From contig NC_043002.1 in the NCBI RefSeq assembly GCF_006345805.1, forward strand, positions 91,450,001 to 91,514,000: a DNA stretch of 64,000 bases. The letters run 5' to 3'. Position 1 is the first letter of the stretch. Every line of letters starts with the position of its first letter. Below the pieces are notes generated by a model. It did not search any database. It saw only the letters and a program-made list of their open reading frames with translations, and had not been told where the DNA came from. The position numbers were made by a program, and so were the translations under genes. Shown here piece by piece: positions 1 to 13,370 of the stretch. Source of the stretch: Octopus sinensis. Taxonomy: Eukaryota.

Positions 1-1369
1 ATGAATTCCAGACGAAGACGCAAACGCCAAGATAGCAGCAGTAGATGAATTAAATAACGCCGCTCAAAGAGAGGTGAAAGAGGTGCAGCAATTATGAGTC
101 GAGCAGTTTGAGGCAAAAGAGGTCTGAAAGCGTTCACACATTTTAGAAACTATGAAGACTCACCCTAATTCCCATGGATTAGGCACTAGATTCACTTGAC
201 GCCAGTCTTATAAAGAAAGCAACAGACGGACAGATAATAGATGCTTTTCATGATATTTTCTTGAATCTTGTAATGATATTTGATAGATTTTGCCCTGTAC
301 TCTGCTGCTTTTGTCGCATCCAGACATGATGATCTAGAGGTGACTGATAGAAAAACGAGCGGAAGAATAACCACCAGCTCCATCTTCCGCAGGACATTTT
401 CGTGTAATTCATTTTCATTCATTTGAACAACTTTACCATGTTTATTTATCTCTATATGTTCGATATCATTAGGCTCCGGATTTAATTCCACAACCTATTA
501 TAAGAAGCTTGAAAATTAAAGTATACCAACGATATTCGTTATTAAAAAATATTGGTGCTTATTTTCATGAGATTAAAAACGCCATTTTGAATATCTAGTT
601 CATTTATTGTCAATCTTTTTACATTATATTATAAAATTTGTTTTAACATTATATTGTAAAATATAATTATAGTCATAAATAATATTAGATCTGAAGCTCA
701 TGTCCAAGATTAGTTTACGTGCACCCAAGGAGCACAAAAAAAAAACATGTAAAAGATGAAGACAAGGAAAGAGATTTTATAAAATGTTCGAAAAAAAAAA
801 ATTCGGGAATGTTTAGAATAACCAGAAGAATTTATAAAAATTAGCTTATCTAGTCAAAAGTATTAGTAAAATTCTAAGACATAAAAATTTCTTAGAAGAA
901 AATAATTAAAACAGCTTTTTTTTTGGGGGGGGGGTGAAATAAGTAACAAATTAAAGGAAAATTACTGAGATACCGAACCTATGACTTTATTCATGTATAC
1001 ATATTCAGACAATTGGGAAATACTGTCCGCTAATGTTAGCAATATGTTGGATTTGCAGATATTTAATAAAAGACGCAGTCAGGTACAGAAAGAGAAGAAT
1101 CTGTAGCAAAGAAGTCTTTTTAGAAGCAGCTTGCAACTACAGAGTTTCGGGTTCAGTCACACTGCACAGCACCCTCAGTTGACTGATATCTAGTGAAGTA
1201 ATTTGTATGAAATACCGTATTTTTATCTCTTAAAAAAACAAATGCAAAAGAAAATAAAGAAAGAAATTTGAAGTAAGTGGAAATAAAAAAGAAGTGGTGA
1301 GGTAAAAATTGGAAAAGCTTGGGACAGAATCTTGATCTCTATTAAAAATAAATTTTTGAAAAACAAAAT

Positions 1370-1747
1370 GGAAGCACTCCGTCGGTTACGACGACGAGGG
1401 TTCCGGTTGATCCGAATCAACGGAACAGCCTGCTCGTGAAATTAACGTGTAAGTGGCTGAGCACTCCACAGACACGTGCACCCTTAACGTAGTTCTCGGG
1501 GATATTCAGCGTGACACAGAGAGTGACAAGGCCGGCCCCTTGAAATACAGGTACAACAGAAACAGGAAGTAAGATAAAGTTGTGGTGAAAGAGTACAGCA
1601 GGGATCACCACCACCCCCTGCCGGAGCCTCGTGGAGCTTTAGGTGTTTTCGCTCAATAAACACTCACAACGCCCGGTCTGGGAATCGAAACCGCGATCCT
1701 ATTACCGCGAGTCCGCTGCCCTAACCACTGGGCCATTGCGCCTCCAC
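1370..1747 (-). mobile_element. tRNA-derived SINE (family 1, tail type A), full length with 12-bp TSD
   Basis: Minus strand starts gtggaggcgcaatggcccagtggttagggcagcggactc...ggtttcgattccc (Pol III A and B boxes); direct repeat gaaaaacaaaat at 1358-1369 and 1748-1759. Confidence 0.9.
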
Positions 1748-2614
1748 GAAAAACAAAATAATACAAGAAAATGGAGTGGAGAGCGTATCTGACAAATCTA
1801 GGAACTTATTCCACTTTCGAATTGTTTATACTCAGTAATTACTGGTAGAGGCCATCAATACTTTCTTTGGCTACACCTGTTCACTTTGTGTATATATACG
1901 TGTGTGTGAGTGTGTATGTGTGCGTGCCCGTGCGCGCGTGTGTATGTGCAAGTACATAAAGGCGTAATTACAATTTGGTACCCCATCGATCACCCTCGTA
2001 TCTGACATTTATTTGCCTCATATCTATACTTCACAGTTTTGACTGGATGATTCCTCTCCTCTCATCGAGATTTTTCACTAAAACTTAAATTGAGGAATTA
2101 TTTTAAAAGATTAACAGAAAAAATGATGTTTAAAGACAGCAGGTGTTACACTTATTCCAATTTAGCCCCATATTTTTTGCTGTAATTTTTTTTTTTTTTG
2201 CTTATATCAATTTTGCTGCAGATTTTATAATTAAAGTTCATTCATTGAAATTCTCCACTTAAATATACTAAATTTTCTGTTAAATATATATATATATTCC
2301 CCTTCCAATTCGGTAATTTTCGTAATTCCCACATCTATGAATTTAGTGCTTGCTATTAATAAACTTTCCTAAACATACCCGAATCTTTAACTAAAGATAT
2401 TCATTGGTAGGATCATAAGTTCTATACAAGCAATTTGCGCATCCCCACTCACTAGTTTTGATTAGTGACACTTCAAAACACAGGATTTTGAAGTTCAAGT
2501 TTATATCTTGTCTTCAAGACAATCCCTGTTTTTTTTTTCTAACGATAAAACCCCTGTCATATACACATCAACATTCTAATGTGCTAAATTAATTTGTCTA
2601 ATTAGAACTTAGGA

Positions 2615-2762
2615 GCACTTTCCTTATTTTATCGAACCCAAAATGGTAAAAGGCAAAGTTGACCTCGGCGGGACTGGAACTCAGAACATAAACAGCCGGA
2701 CGAAATGCTTAACAGCATATTGTCTGATGCTCTAACGGTTATTCTTCCAGCCTACCGCCTTG
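2615..2762 (-). mobile_element. SINE family 2 (tRNA-like head + conserved central domain), partial
   Basis: aaaggcaaagttgacctcggcgg...gaactcagaac...ccagcctaccgcctt matches the copies at 23.7 kb and 30-32 kb. Confidence 0.75.
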
Positions 2763-3615
2763 GTTCCAATACTTGGTTTCAATACTGTAAATACCGCAAA
2801 TTTACTTTTCTAAATTCTAACGTATCTGCTCAGATTTCATAGAATTTTCTTGAAGAATGCAGCATTTAAGCGCACACGAAATTTGGCCTGGCTGAGAAAA
2901 GATTTGAAGAAAGTTACAGAATGATAGAATATACCAGCAAACATTTTATGCCACGGGCTTTCTTTGGATCATTCATCCGTTCTAGTCGCAATAAGTTTAC
3001 GAATGTTTTCTCTATATTCTGAACATTTGTCATCGGAATCATTCATTTACTTTTACGTTTAACCCATGGACATCTGATTTTAGGAATGTGTTCTCTGGAT
3101 TCAGAATGTAGTTTTCGGATCCCACTAACCCTCTATACGACTCTGCCATAGCAATATGCCAACAAAACAATATGATGGTATTTTCATCTTCCCTTTCTAT
3201 TTTTATTTTTGGAACTGTTTGCTGTCGTGTACGAACCTCACAAGTTATGCCAATCTAATGAGTTCTTTCATCTATTATTTTCGACCTGGTATTCTTCCAA
3301 CACCCTAACTATTTCTAGGTGTTACCCACTTTTTAATTCTCCACTTATCTTAGGTACATATAGAGGTCAGGATGAATTCAACGCTCCTTTTGTGTAGATC
3401 TATCACGCTTTGCAAGATGCTATGTATATGCTGAATATTTAAACTGGCTGCAATTGTAATTGTTTTTTGTTTTTGTTTGTTTCTTTTGACCTAATTTTCT
3501 AATGAATAACTGGTTTATTCGTCTCCTTTAATTTTTATAGAAACCGATTTTATTCATGAACTTCTTCAAGTAACACTCTTGCTTTAGCAAGTCAGAGACA
3601 CACACACATACTCAC

Positions 3616-3661
<46 letters not shown>

Positions 3662-4362
3662 GGAGGGAGAGAGAGCGCGAAAGGAATCAGACAGAGGTAT
3701 GAATATCTGTAGAAGGAACTGCGTTGAGAGAAGCTCTAATGCCGATTTCCTTTCCGTTTTCGGAGATTTTATCCGAATCTTAATTTCTAATACAGGAGGA
3801 GAGGCAAAGTTGATTAAAATGACTCCAGTGCTGAAGTGGTATTTATTTTATTGACTCTACAATGATGAATAATAAAGTAAATACTGGTTTGATTTGAACG
3901 CAGAACGCTTAGGTATGCACTAAGTACTACATTAAAATGTTTCAATACTTACTGATTCTGCAAATACCACCCACCCCTCCATTTGCTCATAATACTGATT
4001 TTTTTTTTTTTTACCGTAGAGACATGACCTCAGATTTCGAGGTTGGAAATAGTTGATTATATCGAGCATTGCACACGACAGCGATAACATTTAAACATAT
4101 AATCTAAATAGTAGTATCAAAAGTATTACAAAATATTTGTCTGATGCCCAACCAATATCCACAGCCCATCATCTTCCTGTTCATCACAAAGTTGACTTTA
4201 CTAAAACATAAAAGCAACTCCATCTGCTTCTGTAATACGTCCAAACGGTTCAGGATCCAATCACGAGGAAAAGGATTAATACAGCAGTCAGGATTACGAC
4301 AGCGGGGTATTTCGATTTTCGTACGTGCTTCCATACATACTTACATATGTCTGCGTATATAT

Positions 4363-4669
4363 ATCACGTGATCACGTGACCGACCAGACCATCAGATGTT
4401 GCTACACATCGCTGGTCACAATGCGTTCGCATTGTTTTAGCCTTCGAATGACGCCACCCCGCTGGCTAAGCGAGCAGGCCAACAGAAGAAAGAATGAGAG
4501 AAAGAGTGGTGAAAGAGTACAGCAGGGATCACCACCCCCTGCCGGAGCTTCGTGGAGCTTTTAGATGTTTTCGCTCAATAAACACTCACAACACCCGGTC
4601 TGGGAATCGTAACCGCGATCCTACGACCGCGAGTCCGCTGCCCTAACCACTAGGCCATTACTCCTCCAC
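4363..4669 (-). mobile_element. tRNA-derived SINE (family 1, tail type B)
   Basis: Same head as 1370-1747 but a different 3' half ending ggtcacgtgatcacgtgat. Confidence 0.9.
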
Positions 4670-4673
4670 GCGT

Positions 4674-4763
<90 letters not shown>

Positions 4764-4813
4764 TGTGTGTGTGTTGGTGTGTGTGTGTGTTGGTGTGTGT
4801 GTGTGTGTGTGTA

Positions 4814-5022
4814 TAGTTAATCCAAACATGAAAACACAAAGAGAAAACACAACAACGCGAGGACGTGGAACAAGTATAGTATTATTGGACGCTCAGGAAA
4901 GAAGGAAAGAAGGAGGGTTTAACGTTTCGAGCGGAGCTCTTCGTCAGAAACATAGGAAAAGGAAAGATCCAAAGAAGGGAAGACGGAGGAAAAACATCGC
5001 CAACGGTACACACGCGGTCACG
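4814..5022 (-). mobile_element. Short non-coding repeat with hammerhead core (family HH-A; Penelope-like LTR/retrozyme-like)
   Basis: Homologous copy at 36683-36858; contains a CUGANGA/GAAA core; flanked by microsatellites. Confidence 0.7.
4917..4951 (-). ncRNA. Minimal type I hammerhead ribozyme motif
   Basis: Minus strand GUUU-CUGACGA-A-GAGC-UCC-GCUC-GAAAC-GUU-AAAC: stem I GUUU/AAAC, stem II GAGC/GCUC, palindromic ACGU stem III. Confidence 0.75.
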
Positions 5023-5036
5023 TATGATTGTGTGAG

Positions 5037-5068
<32 letters not shown>

Positions 5069-5078
5069 TGTATATATA

Positions 5079-5147
<69 letters not shown>

Positions 5148-5397
5148 TTATGTATGTATGTATGAGTTTTAAATTCTTGAGTGAGTTCAAGTCTGTCCCT
5201 AACGAAGCGACTGGACATTTTGAGTTAAGAGAGTTCCGGTTTTTGCAAATACGTTGTCGAGACGGTATGTTGGTTGAACCGTCGGTGTCTGCATCTATGC
5301 ACATAAGAATCTCAGATGAAAAATTTTGTGAATGTCTCACAAATCTTCACTGTGATACTTAAGAGACTGTATTGTCGTAGGTACGTTCGTACGTACG

Positions 5398-5576
5398 CAT
5401 GTATGTATGTATGTATGTATGTATGTATGTATGTATGTATGTATGTATGTATGTATGTATGTATGTATGTATGTATGTATGTATGTATTATGTATGTATG
5501 TATGTATGTATGTATGTATGTATGTGTGTATGTATGTATGTATGTATGTATGTATGTATGTATGTATGTATGTATG
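5398..5576. repeat. (TATG)n microsatellite
   Basis: Visible directly in the sequence. Confidence 0.95.
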
Positions 5577-5873
5577 CATAAGACATTTATCGTGCTGATG
5601 TTGCCTCTTAAATAAGAAAAACTCTTTTCTTATTTCAAGGCAATACACCTGACCTTTTGCTTACTGTCAGCTTTGGAGAGTTCTTGATTTTTGAGATGAC
5701 CTCCCCGTGTCAAATGGTGCTGGTCTCAATTGCGATTGGACAATTTGTAAACATTTTCTAGATGCAGCATTGATTTGAATAAATCATTTATGTTGTACGG
5801 TATTTGTTATAACACTAATTGTTTATGTTCAAATACATACTGCTGCTCAGTTAGCTCATATCTATTTATATAC

Positions 5874-5921
<48 letters not shown>

Positions 5922-6119
5922 CTGTGTGTGTGTCTGTGTGTGTGTGTCTGTGTGTGTGTCTGTGTGTGTGTGTTGTGTGTGTGTGTGTGTGTGTGTGTGT
6001 GTCTGTGTTTGTCTGTGTGTGTATGTATACTCTTTTATTTTTATTCGTTTCAGCCATGTGGCTGTGGTCATGCTAGAGACGACTGTGGTCTTTGTGATTT
6101 CTCAGTCTGCGGGTGTTCA

Positions 6120-6290
6120 CATCACCACTCCTGTACGTTTCTTTATCTCAGCCGTTGGCCCATTTGGTGTATAAGGGAGTTTGATTCCGCTGCCATTCTC
6201 TGTACATTATGTCAGGCAGCTGGTTCATCCGGTATTGTGGAGAGGAGAATGTTTAGTTCCTTTTTGAGGGCATCAACCTCCACCTTATGA
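6120..6290 (-). mobile_element. CR1-group LINE ORF2 C-terminal remnant
   Basis: Translates HKVEVDALKKELNILLSTIPDEPAA*...AAESNSLIHQ, resembling the LD..L..IPDEP...SNSL tail of invertebrate CR1-like elements. Confidence 0.55.
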
Positions 6291-6300
6291 ATAATATATA

Positions 6301-6388
<88 letters not shown>

Positions 6389-7122
6389 TAAATACATATT
6401 TAAGCGTGTGTGTGAGAATATGCATGTGTGTATATAAATATATACACACGTATGTATGCGTGCGTGTATACACACGTTCATGCACAGATACCCGTGCACA
6501 CATATATATGCATATATACACATACATTCATGCATATGTAAGTGTGTAAGTGTGTATATATGTTAGTGAGTATACATGTATGTATGCAAGCGTGTATGAA
6601 TAATATATCTGTTTATCTTTGTGTATGGGCATGTAAATCGATGTGTCGAATCGCGTTTTAGTCCCAACTGAAAATAGAAATTAATAAATAATTAGTAGAC
6701 CAAAATAATCATTGGAAGCGATATAATTTACTAAATCCTATGAAGGCTGTGCCAAAGCCTAGTAACTGCAAACAGTAAAAAGAATTAGAGAAAAGGAATT
6801 TCCAAAATCACGCTTTGGAAATCCCTTATTGAGATCATTTTGGTAAAGTCTTGTCGATAACCATACCGTTTGATAACAATAAGCAGACAACCTAGATAAC
6901 AATATCCTGATATTTTTTTCAAACAAGCAAATAAATCTTATTTCATTTTAATCTATTAGCATTTAAACTGGCCATATCTAGCCCAAATATGCAACCTGTT
7001 ATATGTTAATGCTAGCCAGATCCAGCCTATCACACCTACTCTTTAATGGCATTATAAAATATACAATCACATCATTATAATTTCGAAGCTGCAAGATATT
7101 GCAGGATTAAGTCAAAACAATA

Positions 7123-7457
7123 TGAAGGCGCATGGATCAGTGGTTAAAGCGTCGGGCTCACAATCATGAAGTAGAGAGTTCGATTCCCGGACCGCGCTTT
7201 GTGTTGTGTTTTTGAGCAAGACACTTTATTTCACGTTGCTCCATTTCACTCCGCTATAGAAATGAGTTGCGACATCATAGATGTCAAGCTCTATTGGCCT
7301 TTGCCTTGGATAACATCGGTAGCGTGAAGAGGAAAGGCTGGTATGCATTGGCAACTGCTTGTCTTCCATAAACAATCTTGCCCAGACTTGTGCCTCGGAG
7401 GGGAATTTTCTAGGTGTAATCCCATGGTCATTCATGACCGAAGGGGGTCTTTACCCT
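7123..7457 (+). mobile_element. tRNA-derived SINE (family 3)
   Basis: ggcgcatggatcagtggttaaagcg...gagttcgattccc head followed by ttgagcaagacact; homologous minus copy at 47657-47938. Confidence 0.8.
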
Positions 7458-7937
7458 TTTTAATTAAAAATAATGTGAGTGAAAGAGCATTATATTTGAT
7501 AGAAAAATCTGAACGCTATAAGGTCAAACAAAGTGATTGTGTCCCACGGATAGTATTATACGTGATCATAATAAATGGCGTCCGTCTTATTTGTTTCGTA
7601 TGAGTGAAACATGCCACTTGGCATAAATGGTGCTAAGAATGTTATCTTGTCAGAACTGCTGTTAGTGTTGTCGTATGCCTTTCATCTACAGTTGAGAATT
7701 CTCATCATATTTATTACTCATTGCCTCTCCCATTCTGTTCCCATCGGAACGGTATATCACAGACTATTGCAACCTCTTCAAGTGAGGCAATTGTTAAAAT
7801 AGAATGTATGAATCATTACATCCGGATTGAGAAAAGCGTGGTAAAACAAAATAGCAACCACACACACAGACACCCAACACACTGATTCACGAGTGACCAC
7901 CAACAACAAATAATAACAACAAAATAATAATAATAAT

Positions 7938-8445
7938 CATGGTTTCAAATTTTGCCATAAGTACAGCAGTTTGGGGGGGGATGGGAAGAGACGATTACAT
8001 CAACTCCAGTGTTCAACTGGTACTTATTTTATCGACCCACCCCCCACCACCAATGGATGAAAGGCAAAGTCACCCTCGGATTTCTGTGAACTCAGAACGT
8101 AAAAATGGACGAAATGCCGTCAAGCATTTGCCCGACGTGCTAATGATTCATAATAATAATAACGGTTTCAAATTTTTCCACAAGGGCAGCCATTTTGGAG
8201 AGGGGATGAGTCGATTACATTGACTCCTGTGTTGAAAACAATAATAACAATCCTTTCTTCTATTGGCACAAGGCCTGAAATTTGGGGTGGCGGGCCAGTC
8301 GATTAGATCGACTTCAAGTACACAACTGATACTTGATTTATCGCCCCCGAAAGAATGAAAGGCAAAGTTGATCTCGGCGGAATTTGAACTTAGGACGTTA
8401 AGACAGACGAAATACCGCCAAGCATTTTCTCCGACATGCTAACAA
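7938..8445 (-). mobile_element. Cluster of three SINE family 2 fragments separated by (AAT)n
   Basis: Repeated ggtttcaaattt/ggcacaaggcc tails and gaaaggcaaagtc...ctcggcggaatttgaact bodies. Confidence 0.75.
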
Positions 8446-8465
8446 TTAATAATAATAATAATAAC

Positions 8466-8525
<60 letters not shown>

Positions 8526-8526
<1 letters not shown>

Positions 8527-9077
8527 GATGCACTACCAGGCAGTGGCTCTCATGGCTTCTGATCTTAACTGATTGGAAGTGTTATCATGTACATTGTTTT
8601 CTCTTTGTATAAAAGATGGGCTACAGCAAATATTCTGCTCAATACCACAGATTTGCTTGTCAGTTGTTTGACCATAACAAGTTGAGCATGTCCCTTAGTG
8701 GCTGACGATATGTGCATCTCTGATCACGAGCAGAAGTAGTGGGGGAGTATCATAGCCATGTGTTGAGAGGGATTCTTTGGGGTTTAAATAATTCACCTCT
8801 GGAAACATGGGTGGTTCTTTCAACATCCTTAAACAACCCTTATTCAGGGACCTTTTGAGCAGGATGGGCCACTCAACCTGAAGAAAATTCTAACTGGGCC
8901 CCACCTGCAAGGTCATGTGCTGTTTATCTTGATATGAGATCACCATGTCGCGCACATATGGTTGTGATGCATGTGCCTGGTGTACCCTTATCAGACGGGT
9001 AGTCATGATGGGTATATTGGGCTTCGTATATTTTACACCAGTGTCACTTTGATGGCATGAACTGCTCTCTCACTCAA
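8526..9077 (+). mobile_element. Non-coding retro-element or LINE 3' region embedded in (AAT)n
   Basis: Flanked on both sides by (AAT)n; homologous inverted copy at 10868-11212. Confidence 0.65.
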
Positions 9078-9765
9078 TAATAATACTAATAATAATAATA
9101 ATGATAATAATAATAATAATAATAATAATAATATAATAATAATAATAATAATGATAATATATTTAACGACTGAACTCTGATTTCCGAGCGTTTTATCTCT
9201 CGGTGTCGCTAGAATAATTACCAGTCAAGTATTGGGTTCGATCTAGTCGTTTTACTCCTCTGTCAAAAATCGATGGCCTAGTGCCAAGCTTAGAAAATCA
9301 TTTTCCATTTCCTCAAACAATGACAGCCATCATCTAATAAGCACATTATACGTCATAGAATAACAAGTCAGACCTTTTAGTTTGACCTGCAGTACATTCA
9401 TCGAAGTTCAAATATTTCCACTGGAATCTCACTCTAACGTGACTTATATACAACACGACCACTTCACATCTTAATAGCCAAACTTTTTCATTTCACTTCT
9501 ACTACCGCCTCCTTCTGGTTATTCTTCATTCGTAACTTTTATTTCTCTGCTTTGTACTTTAACCCCGCTCCCCCTTTATTTTCACTCTCTTGTTTTGTAG
9601 TCGTCCTCATACCTCCTTTTTTCCTGTTTTTTCTCTTGATATTTTCGGTTTTTCTTGTTCTTTTGGTGCTTGATAATAATAATAATAATAATGATGATGA
9701 TGATGACGGTGATGATGATGATGATGATAAATATTAATAATAATAATAACAACAACAACAACAAC

Positions 9766-9895
<130 letters not shown>

Positions 9896-9927
9896 CCGGT
9901 ATTATTTAATTATTATTATCATTATTA

Positions 9928-9971
<44 letters not shown>

Positions 9972-9989
9972 TATTATTATTATTATTAT

Positions 9990-10754
9990 CTTCACATGCA
10001 ATCAAAAGATTACACTACTGGAAAAAAAAAGAATCCTAACATCGGGCTACAAGCACCCTTAGATGCCAAGAACCCTCCTAAGTATCCTAGCTGTCCCTAA
10101 TAACACTGTTTTCTGCAGCTGTACTAAACTGAGTTTTATGCCTATTTCCTCTAATCCCTCTGTTCCGATATTTAGAGATAGTTCTTCATGCACCTATATC
10201 TATTGAGATACATTTTAGCTACAGTTTCCATAGTCACTGTAATTCTATAGCTAAGTCCTGGTACTTTGCTATTTTTTCTATACTTCTCATATTAATTTTT
10301 TCATTATTTGGGACTGTAAAGTCAATTATTTGACACTTTCTACTCTCTTCATCTACTGCTACCAAATCAGGGCTTCCAGCTTCTATTACTCTGTCAGTCT
10401 GAATGTTAAAGTCCCATAACATTCTATATTTCTTACTTTCTGGTACTTTACTAGGTTCATGTTCATACCATTTATCAGTGTGTTCAAAACTTAGCTTTCT
10501 ACATAGCTCCCAGTGGATTACTCTCCCGAAATTGTAACGTCCTTTTTGTATTTTCTGTGCCAGCATGCTACATTCACTTACTATATGAGTAACGCTTTCC
10601 CATTTTGGTTTGCATAATCTATATTGGATATCTGCTTGGATTTTGTCTATTTTGGCTTTTATCCAATTAGTCCTTAATGTTTGATCTTGTACAGCTACTA
10701 ACAAACTTTCTGGCTTCCTCTTCAGTTTTCCTTTCTGCAACCATAACCATGTCT

Positions 10755-10757
<3 letters not shown>
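9990..10757 (-). mobile_element. R4/Dong-clade (RLE) LINE 3' fragment
   Basis: QDQTLRTNW, degenerate CCHC knuckle (YRLC...ESVTHIVSEC), LWDFNIQTDRVIE..PDL..IIDFTVP..KYQDL restriction-like endonuclease, LQKTVLLGTARILRRVL*. Confidence 0.85.
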
Positions 10758-10834
<77 letters not shown>

Positions 10835-10867
10835 TTATTATTATTATAATAATAATTATTATTATTA

Positions 10868-11212
10868 TTGGGTGACAGTGCAGTGCATGCCATCAAAGTG
10901 ACACTGGGGTAAAATATACGAAGCCCACCATACCCATCATGACTACGCGTCTGATAACGGTACACTAGGTAAATGCTTCACAATCATATGTCCGCGACAT
11001 TGGGAATCTTATTTCATGATAAACAGCGCATGACCTTGCAGGTGGAGGCCTAGTTAGAATATTCTTCGGGTTGAGTAGCCCATTCAGCTCAAAAGGTCCC
11101 TGAATATGGGTTTTTTAAGGATGTTGAACGAACCACCCATGTTTCCAAAGATGAATTATCCAAACCCCAAAGAATTCCTGTCAACACATGACTATGATGA
11201 TCCCCCACTCTT
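10868..11212 (-). mobile_element. Second copy of the 8526-9077 element
   Basis: catgccatcaaagtgacactgg...aaaaggtccctgaata is the reverse complement of part of 8526-9077. Confidence 0.7.
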
Positions 11213-11258
11213 TCTGAATATTTGCTGTAGCGAATCTATTATTGTTATTATTATTATA

Positions 11259-11324
<66 letters not shown>

Positions 11325-11344
11325 TTATTGATTGTTGTTGTTGT

Positions 11345-11684
11345 TGCTGTTGTTATATGTTTGACTCTTGCTTTGTATTTGTACAAGTTGCTTTTCAGTC
11401 TCACCCAGAGTCCTCAAGAGACAGCAAATTAAAAGTTCGAGTTGGTATTATGCCTAAGTTGACATATATTTGTTTTTGAACAAAGTATTGTTCTAGAGAA
11501 TGTTTAAGAAAACATAAGAAAGTTATAAGTTTGTTTTTTAAATTTAAGATTACATAGACATTATTTTACGCAGGATATGGGTAGTTCCCATGACCAGTCT
11601 CTTTTGAATTTCTGCCATTTTGGGATTTCCTGGTATCTGAGCTAGTTTGGAATCAGCCCCTTTTGCTATCATACTTAGGGCGCC

Positions 11685-11688
<4 letters not shown>
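11345..11688 (-). mobile_element. R4/Dong-clade LINE extreme 3' end
   Basis: IGALSMIAKG...AEIQKRLVMGTTHILRKIMSM* followed by a 3'UTR and microsatellite. Confidence 0.75.
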
Positions 11689-11751
<63 letters not shown>

Positions 11752-11805
11752 ATTATTATTATTATTATTATTTATTATTATTAATATTATTATTATTATT
11801 ATTAT

Positions 11806-12160
11806 TGAAGACGTCACACAGCATCCAATATCTTGATGTTGCTGATTGAAGATAATTGAGTGTACCGGGGGTTTGTACTGTCTTTCAAGTCACAAGGATC
11901 TCAGACAGACTGTGCTTTCTGCAATATGCGTGTAGTTCCAAGTAATGCCGATTTTTGCCATACCCCTAGACTGCATGGTATTTATAAAGTTTATAAATGG
12001 TATTGAACCCAATGTTCCGTTGACAAGAGGGACAGCTTTGATGTTTGACTCTCGTAGCTTCCACATTTTAGCGATCTCAATTCTCAGGTCTCCGTATTTA
12101 TCTATCCTTTCTTTTTTTCATGACAATATGTTGATCTCACGTCAATTATTAAACACTCTT
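11806..12160 (-). mobile_element. R4/Dong-clade LINE 3' fragment
   Basis: EIAKMWKLRESNIKAVPLVNGTLGSIP, followed by a ggaactacacgcatattg (GTTRIL) remnant. Confidence 0.65.
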
Positions 12161-12558
12161 GCTTGTCCCTTTTAAAGGGTTTTCTCTTCTCCCTCCTCTG
12201 TATTATTGCCAGTAACGGAGGGGGAAAGTCTTCAGCATTTGTCATATTTATGGGACGGGTTGTGTTCTTTTTTCTCAACTCTTTCAAGTTATTGAGTTTT
12301 ATTTGATTCAATGAAGTTAACGCCCATTGAAATTTTATTTGGCGGGCCGAATATCGCGCCTGTTGGGCTAAACAACCATTAAAAAACCAGTAACAGGTTC
12401 CTTGTGTTTCTATTCACGATTTGGAATAAAATAATCATTACAAAAAGACACCAATCCTGGAAAAATAAATATTTTGATCTAAACTTACTTGGAACGTTCG
12501 AAACATTCCGATACAGCATATATTATAGTAATAATAATAAAACATTCCGCAGCATATC

Positions 12559-12640
<82 letters not shown>

Positions 12641-12641
<1 letters not shown>

Positions 12642-13267
12642 CTGTGGACAAAATGGTGAAACCATATGGCATATTACCAGTCGTTGTACGCCACAAGCTC
12701 AGAAAGAATTTAAGAGACGTCATGGCAATATAGCAAGTATTGTCCATCGGACACTTTGCAACAAGTACGGACTTGACAGAGCAAAAAATTGGTGCGAGCA
12801 TAAACCCGAAGGCATCAACGGAAATGATAATGCAAAGATCCTTTGGGATTTTATGATTCAGTGAGATAGAGAATAGGAAACCAGACATAGTGCTAATCGA
12901 GAATGAAAGCAAACAATGCTGGATCACAGATATAGCATGCCCAGCTGACAACAAGGTATGCTATAAGGAAGAAAGAAAAGTCGATATGACAGGTTAGCTT
13001 GGTGGGTTAAGCAGTTGTGGTCGATGAAAAAGGTGGTGCTAGTACCAATAATTGTTTGAGCCCTGGGAACAGTGAGTAAAAATCTTGAGAAGTACATGGA
13101 ACAAATAGGGGCTGCAATAAGGGTGGAACAACTGCAGAAAACAGCACCGGTTGGAACCGCTCGAATGCTTCGAATGGTGCTCGAAAAATATGGGGTGTTA
13201 CCTTAGTTCACTGGTAGTAGACAGCTAACACCGTTGTACATTTCTAGAGTTATAAGCTGTGCAAAGA
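12641..13267 (+). mobile_element. R4/Dong-clade LINE 3' fragment
   Basis: ICGQNGETIWHITSRC, RHGNIASIVH, KILWDFMIQ, KPDIVLI, ITDIACPAD; flanked by (AAT)n. Confidence 0.85.
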
Positions 13268-13268
13268 C

Positions 13269-13350
<82 letters not shown>

Positions 13351-13370
13351 CAACAACAACAACAACAACA

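Noticed and set aside
192-491. 99-aa ORF on the minus strand
   Set aside because: No recognisable motif or splice support; cannot be assigned
1800-3450. Possible very old LINE remnant
   Set aside because: Only vague motif-like traces; no diagnostic peptide could be read
5162-5850. Possible Penelope ORF remnant upstream of HH-A (similarly 37030-37440)
   Set aside because: No GIY-YIG or RT motif could be read convincingly
4621-6535. Many ORFs of [12 protein letters not shown] and MYVC type, here and throughout the window
   Set aside because: Translations of di- and tetranucleotide microsatellites
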